Of a stretch of DNA of 64,000 bases, positions 42,201-54,200 are shown piece by piece. Source of the stretch: Phoronis australis (lineage: Eukaryota > Animalia > Phoronida). The stretch is from contig NMRA01000492.1 of assembly GCA_002633005.1 (NCBI GenBank), forward strand, positions 124,001 through 188,000, in the 5' to 3' direction. A program made the translations under genes and the position numbers. The notes under the pieces are model-generated. The model was not told the DNA's origin. It worked only from the letters and a program-made list of their open reading frames with translations, and made no database searches. Every line of letters begins with the position of its first letter. The stretch's first letter is position 1.

Positions 42201-45200
42201 TGCAATGCCATACACTAATACCCTAATAACTGGAAATTGCCTGTGCCACAGAGTACTTGAAATCTGATGGTTTTTGTGTGTGAGACTCTGGATAGCCATT
42301 GTCCATTAAGCAGTTAACTGGCATACTCATTCTTTTCTTGCTCATAGACAAGACTGTTAATGTATGAAGGTTTTATTACACAGCCAAAGAGTCCATCTAA
42401 TTACTATGCAGAGGACATGCCGAGTTGCTGGGTAGTTAGGTCACTAACAGCTATTCTCTGTTTGATATTCTCTGCAGAGCAAAGTGTATTGATTTTTGAC
42501 ATGGATGGCCATGTCTGGCTTTTTGTGTCATCGAAGTTCTATGGGAATAAGTCTGCTGTCCTTGGGCTCATTTATCTCCATCAGTTGCATGTCTGCCTTG
42601 ACAAATTCTATGACTGACTACTGTTAGTAACGATTCTTGGCTGTTTTATACTATATTTTCATTATTTCATGGATTCAACTGTTTAACGTAATGCTACAAA
42701 ATGTTGTTAAGTTTTCATAAGCTCAGATTTCATGAATTTCACTCGGGGAAAACAGTCAGTTTTTTCTTTCTGCTCTTGTCGACGTGTTTGAGGACAAGGT
42801 TGAAAGTTGGTCGCCTTGTCTGATGATTTGATTTACTTATCAGTATCTCAAATTCTCCTCAGAATAAACATTGTATAATATAACAGATAATAGTCAGGGT
42901 TTTTCCTAAGTCAAAATCTGAACGGCGGTGCGAGTTTGTGCAACGAGTTGCCGCATTATAACCTACCTTTGTGCTAATTCACTGAAACGACTAGAGGTGC
43001 ACGATACTTTACTTGATGAGCATAATTAATGCATTTTTGCTGCAAAAGAATAAAAATAAGCACCACTATGCGACACAACTTCAATCATTTGTCTTGGAAA
43101 GTAGACAAAACTCATGGCTCATACCTTTTCAAATTAGCTGAACATTTCCAAACATGGGAACAGAAGTTTCCAAACTTGGGGCAGCATTATGCTTGAATAC
43201 ACGTAGGGAGAACTCTTATTTTAAACCGCATGTTATTATTTTGACTTTTGATATTTAATTTTGCACGTACGTCATTCATAGATTGCTATAAGCTGTATTA
43301 TTTCTTTACCATTGACTGTCTTCCTTTAAGTGACTTGTAATTTTGTCATGTAACATCCCATTCTAAGTTTTTAGTTGAATGCTTCTTCTAGGTAATAATC
43401 TGAAAGTGTTTATGTAATATGTTACTGTCGATATCTTGTTGGTAAATGTGTCGCTAATTAGTGTTTTGAATGATTCATGTGGTTGGCTCGTGTTTACAAA
43501 TTGACTAAAACTTGGTGCAAATTACAATAAAAAAGCAATTTTATTTTGCTAAGTGTGGCTTCGACACGTGAACAAAAACTGTCACATAGCCTTACGCATG
43601 GTGAAGTGAGAGGTCTCAGGGATGGCTGCATCACTAGATTACTGCTAGCCTATGTGTGTGCTGTATTCATCTTTTTGTCCTGACACCATGTTCCTCTTAA
43701 CCAGCACATCATGTGACTCGTAACTAGTTGTTAAGTAAAGTTGCAAGCAATGACTGGATGCGTTTCTCCATTGTAGCCTACTCTCGCAGGGCTGCTCCAG
43801 AAGACTCCATCGAGCCTTCCACAATGCCACGCACGGACCGCGCACGCGCCAGCCAGGCGGAACCAGAAGAGGTTAGTAGTGCCGCACTATGCGGTGGTCT
43901 GTTGGCCGCCTGGGGTGGTCTGGGTTGCGACAGTTGTTTGGGGGCGGTCTATTGGTTGGAATTGAAAAATAGAGTTGCAATATGAAAGATGTGTGTATTG
44001 GGTTTTGTTGTTGTAGATCTTGTACGATGTCGTCTTGTGGAGGCATAGATAAGGCTGAAAATTGTGAGAAGATGCTCACAAGAAAATAAGATGTCAACAG
44101 ACTTGAAGCAGGGGTTAATCTGGCTTCCGTCATGAAACTAACATTTGATCTTGGTCACGAATGGTTATAACTTTTACCTGATTCAGATCAGGGGTGATTC
44201 CTGTGCTTTAGGAAGAACTGGGAATTCGTTATTGCTCAAGATGAGGCTCTGCCATTTGGCTCGTCTCGGTGGGTCATTTCATGCGCAGTCTTGAGTATTG
44301 CCCAACTGCCAGTTTTTTCACATTACAAGAATCACTCCCTATGTAAGTGAGGAACGATTTGGTAACAATTTTTGGCAGTAAGTAGTTTAAATCAAAAGTT
44401 AGTTTCTGCGACAGCCGGCGACAAGTTATGATTGCTTTAAACTACTGATTGAAACATAAGTTATTGTTCCTGTAATTTGTTTCTTGATGTGACAGGTGTC
44501 CCCTGTGGTCCCTTTCGTAGGTCATCGCTCTTTACCACCTTTCCTTGTCTCCCTTTCTCATTTAAGTTAAACCTGGCATGTATGGCAGCCTAGCCCACAT
44601 TGGTTAGTCAAAGCAGAGTACGCGTAAAAATCGAGGCTTAAACCTCACTGGTATCGCAAAACTCCTGGTGTACATTGCTGTGTGTTCACTGAGGTTACTG
44701 CGTTACATAAGTTGGGTGGACACCACTAGTCCAAGTTGGTCTTGACGACCCTAAGCGAAGAAAATGGCCACAGGTGCATGAGATTGGACAGCTACCTACC
44801 TGGAGTGATGAATTCTGGGGATGAATGCTGCATAACCCCACTGTGCTTGTAAATTCTCTTGCTAGGCCACGTCTCTTTTAGAAAAACTCTTAAATGATGA
44901 GACTCGTGCTTGGCGAATGCGTCTTTAGTCTTACTTTGTTTCTCTAGTCACTCGTTTTCTTCAGTACATGTATGGGCTATAATCTTTATGTTTCTGCACC
45001 GGTAATGAATCGTAGTAAAGCACGTTCTATTCTGAACTTGTATCCATTGTCTGTCAAAATTTCCATTTTTAAACGAAACTTTCTTCTCCTCATAGACATT
45101 TACCTGTGCATCCTTTGTGTATGGTAATCCTGTATCGATGTAGGGTTTTGGGAGGCTTTGCAGTTGGCTAGTTGGGGACATGCTGTTGGAGTGAGGTGTT

Positions 45201-48200
45201 TGCAGCAGTTTAGTTTTGATCCGTTATTAACCCTGCACTCTGCAAATACCATTTATGGGAGATCTACAGTAGCCTAGACAATATATGCCTTGTGACAGTA
45301 TATACAGGGTAAATTTTTCCTGGTAGATAAATGTTCCCAGGATGCAAATATATGAAAAGTGCACATGATTGAACTATAGCACTTTCCCCTGGTTCAGAGG
45401 AAATGGACACAATACATATTGCCCCGATGCATGGTAAATGGAAATAGTAGTGTGATGTTATAGTAAAACTGCACTTGTCGGTCAAGTGAACATGACTGCT
45501 ACTTTGTTGGAAAAAGACTTTGAACCTAAAATCATGACACCAGATCACTCAATTTGAGGTTGCTCATCTGATCACATGTAGTATAGCTGTTGTGTTGGGA
45601 CACGTATTTATTTCAATGGCGCATTGTGTTTCTCGATTTTTGGTTAGTTTGAAAAAATAATTCCAAGTTCTGATATTAGGTGGGTTAGCACTTCTACTTT
45701 TGTCACCATTGTACTTTGTTTGACGTGGCATATTTGGCTCTCATTTTCGTATTATCCGTCTTTGAAATTTCAGATTTCTGGACCTTACTTTCATTTTTTC
45801 GTAAAACTCTGTAAACCAGATCATCTAAGCTTTCGCCTTAATTAGTAATGTCACACTGTGTACAGTTAGTAGCCATATCTCTGTTGTCTGTAGCATAGTG
45901 CTATCACTCTTGACATGCTGCTAACACACTCAGGTCATAGAGGACATTGATGCTGGTGAACAGGTTGAGGGGCCACTTGTCACCCGAAAAGAGCGTTACT
46001 CGCCCTCGACCAGTCTGCCGCGCGACTCATCCCTGCCGCGGGCTGTCAAGAAGAAAGGATACAAACCAGAGCGCCCCGTGGTGGCCGAAGAGATTGTGCC
46101 CGTCGAGCACGAACGCAGCTACCAACAGCACCCGCTCCTATCTCCTTCCTCTCCGCTACAGGTTTCTCCGTCTTTCTAGTTTTTACGTTCATTTCTTCTG
46201 TTCTCTTGGTGCTCCATAATACTAACTTTTAACGTTTGGTTAGCTCTCATTCACCTGTCTTTGTTTTTTTTTTTTTGTTCTTTAAGCATTCATTTTCTTT
46301 AGATTTTTCTAATTTCGTTCTCGCTTCTGAATAGCTGTTTTCTTTGTTTTGTTTCTGAGTGGTAAATCTGATGTTAATGTTCACCGACTCACTCTGGGAG
46401 TGATTATTTCCTCAGCCCGGACAATATACTTTTGTGACCACTGATCAGGACGGTAACGTGACGCAGTGCGTGGCTGAGCCCGACGGCACCATTATTTCGC
46501 GCAAGACGCTGCCTCCTATCAAGAAGGACAGCACCCTGCCACGCCCGAATCTGGGCCCCAGGAGTGCAAACACGTACCCCCGGAAACAGGTGGATAGACC
46601 CTAACGGCATGCTAACAACAGCCTTGCGCTCGGAATGTTGATTGCTATGTTCCTAGGATTACTTTTCTGTTCAATCTAATGGCCCGCTTTTTAAAAATCT
46701 CGTCTTTGTCTCTTGTCTTAGACCTTGAGTGGTGTCTTCTCCTCTAGTGACCCGTGGATGTTCACAATGTGCCTCTGCTGTGAAACTGTTTCAAGACTTG
46801 CATGATACTATATTGCGCTCAAAGAGTCCGCGTCATCGTCTACAGACGGGAGTCTGTATTGTGTTGGTGTTAAAGGCGTACATCGACGTGGCAGTGTTTC
46901 ACTTTTGCTATTTGTGAATGACATACCTGTCCATTGTTTATATTAACGATACAGTTTGTAGGTGGTTCAGCCTTATTCATTTACAGCATGAAATTGACTG
47001 CTGAGTGTGATGCGTACTGTGTTCTTCCAGTTACAGACTATAGTGACTGGATGTCTTGAGTCTTAAAATTTGGTTTGAAAACACTGTCTCTCTTTCACGT
47101 CCATCTCTTCTTGTCGCATCATTTCTCTCCACCGTAAAAGCCTGCAGCTGTTACAAGGTGAAACGGCAACTTTTGTGGGTGATGTAGTACAAGCTGAGGA
47201 TTGTTTATTCTTCTAGATCTACTATATGCTAGGTGTTCTTCTGAACGTTCAGGAATGTATTGTGAAGTCTATGTTTTGCCGTCTGTTTTTCTCTGGGCCG
47301 TCCATCATTGGTAGGCTCTCAATGTGCTGTTTCATATAATGGCATGCTCTTGACTCTGCACCCCGTTGTTTATAGTATTTAGTTGTGTTTGTTTCATTTT
47401 GTTATGTTGTTTAATATGCCCTACTTCGCGCTCTAAATGATCACTGTTTGTCAGCGTTTTACGCTGGTATTTCACACTTTTATTTTCACGCACAAACTGA
47501 TAATCACTTTGTTTGACGTGTTCTCTTGTACTGAAAGCTTTTTTGTCTCGTCTCTTGTGTTCAGTTTCTTCTGCAGTGTCTTGTTCCATCACTATGTTTC
47601 TAATTCCTTTCTGTTGTTATTGTAGTACGACCAGGATGACCTTATCCGCGCCATGGGCAGTGCTAATTGGTGGAAGTATGCTCCGGAGGAGCGGTTCGCC
47701 ATGCTGGGGCCCCAGCGATGCTGTCCCACCCAGGAAGAACAGGAGAACCTGTTGCGTGACTGGCCGCTGTTGAAACCGCAGGAACGCGCCGATGTTCTGA
47801 AGCGGTGGCCGCGTCTGACACCAGGAGAACGAGAGAGACTGCTGGACGACTGGGCCAAGCTGAACCCCGAGGAGCGCAAGAAGACGCTGTCCCAGTGGTA
47901 CGACATGGCGCCAGTGGAACGCCAAGTACTATTATCCAACTGGGATAACCTGTCGCCGGAGGAGCGCAAGATTCTGATGAACAACTGGCCGCTGTTCACA
48001 CCGATGGAGCGCGCCATCCTGCTGAGCCAATGGCCTAAGCTGTCGCCAGAAGAGCAGGACCGCATACTAAGGGACTGGGACAAGCTGACGCCGGAGGAAC
48101 GAGACATGGTGCTGAGAAATTGGTACAAACTGTCGCCAGAAGAACAAGACAAGCTATTGGAGGCTGAGAAGGCACGACGACGGGCTGCCAACTTACCTGT

Positions 48201-51200
48201 GGACGTGAGTAGTGGGAGGCATACTGGTAAGGTTGGAGCTGTTGAGCTATGTGTAGATCTGAGCTCTTGGGAGAGAACATATTTGTGGGGTTGGTGTAGC
48301 TGATAAAAATGTCACTTGTTTATTAGACTTAGAGGTACACGCAGTTAGATGGATACTGTCCATTTTTCAAGCTTAAGGCAGTTGTTGTATTGCTATATTT
48401 CGAGGAGAATTTTTCGAACCATTTGTTGCTCATCGCACGGCACCAATGACTCACATTACTCACTTCCATAAGAGGGAGCTGGTGAGTGTCATGCAAGTGT
48501 GTTGCACGTGACACTTTGAAGTGGATTCCAATACGAACCATGACACTTTTGCACAATTAGTGATTATATCTTGACCCCCAAAAGTGTTTTTGTCTGTGTT
48601 TGGAAAAATACACGGGAAGTTCTAACGGTGTTGTCTGTGTTCACTTACAGGGTGTTCAAGATGAACTGATTCAGAGGTATGGCAAGGACACGAGTGCCAT
48701 TGACTATATCAAGACGGCGGCCGCGCTCACTCCGGAGGAAGAGGTGCGACTACGGCTCCAGGAGGATCTGAAGAGGCAAGAGGCTGCTGGGGAATCTGTC
48801 GACTCGGTGAGTGAGGATTGGCTAGGTCACATGACTCTTGGGCACCAGATTTTTGTCTCGGTGTCACGCACTTTGGTTGTAACAGGGTGGAGAGATGAGC
48901 CAGTATTGGGACTTGTTCATGCTCTGAGTAAGCAGTTGTCAGTTGCGTGGAAGGGCAGGACTCACTGCGTGACGTTGTTCCCTCTTTTCGTGCGAAATGT
49001 ACGCAAAATGTAAAACTTGGTAAGCTCGCGCACATTTTTCATAACATCAAAATGATTTCTGCCCAGTCAAATTGTGAGTTAATGCATTCCGTTATGCTTG
49101 GCAATGCAAACATTACTAGTGCATAAACTGCACGTTTTGGTCGAGAACGAAACTCGTGAAAGATAATAAGAGTATCCTGGAAGATGCACAGAAAATTTGC
49201 GGAACATGAAAACGAATTTGACAGCGGGAATCGGGATCTGAAACCTAGCCATGGTTTTGACAGAGTCCAGCCTTGAAGTTTAAAGGTCCGTCCAAGTGTC
49301 TTAGTCTTGCTTGACCGTGTACAGCTGCCATCGCATTTGGACATCATGCCCGCAGTTTTTGGGGCCAGCGGCAGGACTGCAGTGCTTTTCAGTTTTTGTT
49401 TCCGCATAGTGTAGCCACTGTTGTTACAAGTCCTAGCATCGAATTGTTTCTCCACCCTGTGTAAGGACTGTGCACTGTTTCAAGCACTGTGAGTGAAACC
49501 ATCTTTCATGTGGTTCAATTGAATATTGTTGTTGTGTACCATTCACCCACGTGTCTGTTCTGGAACAGAGTATGCCGTGACCATGCAAAAAGTTCCTAAG
49601 TTTTTGCGTGCTGGCTGAAACACTTGGCAAATCTCGGAACTGTTTTTTTTTTTTTTTTTTTGAACTTACGAAGCACATCCTGAGCAGTTTGTGGGCTCGT
49701 ATTTTTGTGTACTCTTTGGTTTTAGCTAAACAGTCTATGGTGCTAATTTTTGTCTTGACTATTAAAACATGGGGGTTTGGTGGCAGCCAAGAGCTATGTT
49801 TCGCCATTTTGTAGCAGCTGTAAACTGTCACCGTTTTGAGCAACTTGAGACAGCGGTGAAATATTGCCGTCTTAGAAGTTGTCTAAATTTTTTGCCTTTT
49901 TTGTCATTTCATTGTGACACCACGGTAGCCAAATCTGCTTGGATTTGATTATAGTCTCCCAAAAGGGAGTTGCCAAGGCATTTTGTCATGAACACAAAGT
50001 TATTTAGACATAGTGTTGTTTCCTCGTCACGACGGTGCTGTCCCGTCATAACGATGAACTCCGTTCGCACTTAGCCATTGTAATGGGAAATTCCAGTTGC
50101 ATTGCAGTCAACATGACGTCGAATTTCTAGTCATTCTGCACGTTTCTTGGTAGACCAGCTATGCCTGGCCGTTTTTGTTGCAGTTTAGGTGGCAACTTGT
50201 TCCAGCTGAAATTTTAGCCGTAGCTGTTTGGGCATTTTGTACTCAAGTTCTGCCTGTGTTTAGACTCTAGTTTGACCGTTACTGTAGACAGTAGTTTGTT
50301 TTAGACTAGGTCTCAGGGCCGCATGAGTCTCAGTGGTTGACATGCATTGGTTGCATGCTAGCACAATAGACTCCACTGACTGACACATTCTGAGATATCA
50401 AATTCCGTTGACATTTAATTTTTTAATGCCAAAGATTTACAAAACTTTCGGATAGTTTTTTTCGTGTATTTCAGGCACTCTGTGAATTAGGACCCTCTGT
50501 TTTCCATGCTATTTTTAACACTTTATTCTCTGTTACAAAAGTCTTGGCAACTATCACCAACCACGTTTTAAAGGGACATTGTCGGTTTTACGGTTCAAAA
50601 ACGCATTTTGGGTATTCTTGTATGGGATAGGCTTCTTGAAGGTATTATCTTTGACCAAAGCTATAAAACAAGATCCATTGTCGTCTTGGGATTTTGCAAA
50701 TTGCTGCTTCTCACTATTGTCCTCCAGACTTTCACTGAAATCAAAGCTGGTGTATTCACCACATACTCGGCAGTGCTGCATGTGTGATGCGACTCAGTGA
50801 CAGAGCCGTTCGCCTGCTACTGCCGAGCTTGTGAGTTCGATTCCTTTCTGCTAATTTCTGGTAAATTTATTTTCTTGCCGAGAATGTCCCTTTAGATATT
50901 ACGCTGTTCAAAATTCGAACTACAAAAATACTAATACTTAACAATTTTAGGAACCTTAGTAGATAGTTTCATAGTTTTATTTGAGCTCTTCAGCCCTGGG
51001 TTACCGTTATCGACAGTTGCGAGTGTTCCATCGCCAGCCGCCATGTAGTCGGTAGACCATGTGGTGCGCGTCAACATAGACTCTTAATTCTAGTTCACCG
51101 CCGTCCTGTGTGTGTTTCAGCTGAACATCAATGGTACTAAGGGCAACTGGGAGTCTGGCGACGAGTCCAACCCAGCCTCACCAACCTCCGATGCAGCCTC

Positions 51201-54200
51201 TTATGATCTTGAAGTATTCAATCCTTTAAATATGTCGCACTCCTGTCCTCTTCTGTTCATATCAATGCCTTTTACTTTGTTTACCGAGTAATCATTAGCA
51301 TTTTCAGTAGCGTTGCCGCAATCTACTTATAAGTGGAGCTTGGATAAGAATGATAACGATTTAGTCAGAATTTTGGCCATGTGAAACTGCTATACAAATT
51401 TGCAAAGCAAGCAGATTATGTAATCGAATGGTGTCTTGCTGTAAATTTGATATTAGCTTTGCATAGTCTGCTTTCTGGCCATATCTGTGTTTGTTTCTTC
51501 TTATTCACGCTTGTCGTTGTTGCGACGCGACACTTCTAGCAACTGCCTGATACTTTCAAGTGCATTATGCCCTGAGCTGGGTCCACTAATTGTAATGTCG
51601 CCAGGCTTTACTATCTTAGTTTGTTGTCTGTCACTCTTTAACACAACCAAAATTTGTCCTCGTGTACAATTCGTCAGTAGTATTCGTGTATTGTGTTTTG
51701 AACTTCCAAGGAAAATGATGTTGTGAAGTAGCATGCTTTGATTTCGTGTTGTTCCATACACTTTTATGCGCATGGCATTTTTCCTTCGTTCAACAGTCAT
51801 GGTTAACGGTGTACTTGCAAATTCATCTGTAGTGAAGACTACCGGACGTCGGACTAGTGAAGATTTCCACTAAATATTATCCTTATTGCATTTGATCTGA
51901 TTTTGGGAATTTTCTGCTTTATGGGGTTGATCAGGAGATATCAGTTTCCTGGCCAAATACATTTTGCTTTCCGCTGCCTTTTTATGAATCAAGAGTCAAG
52001 TGGAAGTACTCCAGGCTCTAGGCCATTATCACGTTTCATTCAAATTGGCAGGGAATTCTCGGGGGAGGGTTTTGCTTGCCTTTTGCCTGATTGTGAACAC
52101 CGTATGACACAAGCTCTTGCTCTTTTACAAGAATTGTTCTTTCTGAGAGAAGTGTAGCTTGGTTACTAACTTTCGTCAACAGATGGTGCTTTCGCTTGGA
52201 CAGAAATTAGGAATACTTGTTTATAGGGTATTAATGTGCGTTACACAGCATTTCCAGATGTTTTTGCATGGTAGAAAATATTCTGGCTATGTACATGATT
52301 GTTTAATAATTGTCTCGTTATATCCTTGCACTGTCAGCGAGCCATGATTTCTAACAATCTGTAGTCTTTGTTCCAGCATGCTTTTTAACATCTTTGTGTC
52401 TTGTTTTGTATTGTTCTCAACCCGAGTTACTTGTAGTTACTACTACAAATGTTTGATATTACTGTGATTTATGCTATCAGTTATGCGTTCAAGATAATTA
52501 AGATTCTTGTTTCTCTTGTGTTACTTAGCTTAGCAGCTTTTTTGTTTAAAGCATCACAGTATATGCTGTAAATGTGGTTCTGTATGCTACATTTAAGGGT
52601 CAGTGTACTAATGCATTTGACATTGAAATTTTAAAAATGCTTCTTTTTGCAATTTTGGTATCTATACACACTCTTCAGGTAGCCTCTTCATGTACGGTTG
52701 GTCTTATTTAAGCCCGTGCATACAATGTGTGTTACATTTCCTGTCCGGATCATCCACGTTATTAATGGCGCTGTTTCCCTTGCAGCATGGTATGGCTTTC
52801 TTCACTCCGGCTGGCTACGATACTCTCACCAAGAAGATGGAGACGGCGGATAGAGGCGAGAAAATCATTGTTGCCACTCAGGTGAGTACCAGCGTAGCTG
52901 TAGATATGAGAAGCAAACTCTGAACAGGTGTGTGTATCTTCCAGATGGCTTTGTTTGGATCTCTTGTGGAATATTGGGTGTGTTTGGTTGAGAAATGTTC
53001 AGAGCCTTTTTAATCGTCACTCGGCTAGCGGAGGCTGTGAACTCTTGCAGCAGTTCATTCACTCTCTGTCTTGAGTTTGCTTCTGTTTATCTGGTGTTCT
53101 TGTGTTACCAATGCTCTACAGGCTCGTCTGTCTTTGGTTTATTAACAACTTTCCAAGTTTTCATTTAGCTCGACTATTCTCAAAAACGTATACACTAGCC
53201 AGGTTGATGATGACTTTGATCTACTGGATCAGTTCATTAGTGTCACTGTAGGATGTCATCTGCGGTGCATTACAACAGAATCAAATAAGTAGTTCATTCG
53301 GTAGTTTGAAATTGCTAAAAAGTAGCGTAAAACCCCTGATCAGTTTAATGCATCAAGTATAAAAATTGGGTCTCTTCCTTTGGAACCCAATCACACCAAG
53401 CTTGTTCTCAGTGCCATACAAAAACGGGGGGAAAGAAAAAGGCGGAAACCAATTCAATTTCATCCAGTCTGAGTAAGAACTCAGTTGTCTGTCCCCTGTT
53501 TACGCCTTTCCCTTCCCGTTTAATTAACGTGTTGAGAAGGGTTCCAACGATCTGAGAACGAGTTTGTTGCTAGAGGGTCTTTATAAGTAACATATTAACT
53601 CACACATGAGAAATCTTTTAAGAACTTGGTCTCATCTGTCAGCTCACTCACCTTTAGTTCCAGTAGATTTTTAACATCATCACGTTTCCACATCACTATA
53701 GCAACTGCCGTCATCCACTCCTGATTTCCATATGCACTTTTTAGTCTCTTAGTGTGTTGTGGCTGTTGTGGAAGAATATCGAAGGAGCCATTCTTCAGCA
53801 AGTTTGTCGTAGATTTGATTTAGAATTTCTTGGTGTTGTACCGTTGTTGTACCAATTATGCCTTGTAACATAGAGACAAAGTACCTGAGTCGAAGACTAC
53901 ATGGGTTTTGTCTCAACGAGGCACCAATAGGTGTGCAGGATGAGGTTTTTCACACCTCTTGGAAGTCTCACCGTGCACATCGTGGAGTTGACGTTTCAAA
54001 TTGGCGTCTGATAAGCCTTGTGCAAGCATTTCGCTGCAGGAGAGTATTACCAGCTAAGATGCTAACTGAAAGTTGAATGGTTATGTTCGCTAGCTTGCTA
54101 CATGCCCATCTGAACTCAGCTGGCAAGAAACTGAGGAATTCAACAGCGCGGAGGTGTAGAAATCAGTTGAAAGCATCATTGACATCACCAACACTGTTTA

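Noticed and set aside
43370-43397. Possible microexon or recursive AG|GT site (ttctag|gtaata)
   Set aside because: The 17-nt candidate is not a multiple of 3 and puts TAG in frame. No other support.
44580-44830. tRNA gene / tRNA-derived SINE head (also the B-box-like GAGTTCGATTC near 50833)
   Set aside because: Only degenerate A/B-box-like words, with no cloverleaf and no second copy in the window.
47592-48191. 199-aa minus-strand ORF
   Set aside because: Antisense shadow of the GC-rich repeat exon. The + frame has splice sites and conserved repeat positions.
41887-52881. Spectrin-actin-binding (SAB) domain
   Set aside because: No recognisable SAB sequence. Its absence is expected outside vertebrates.
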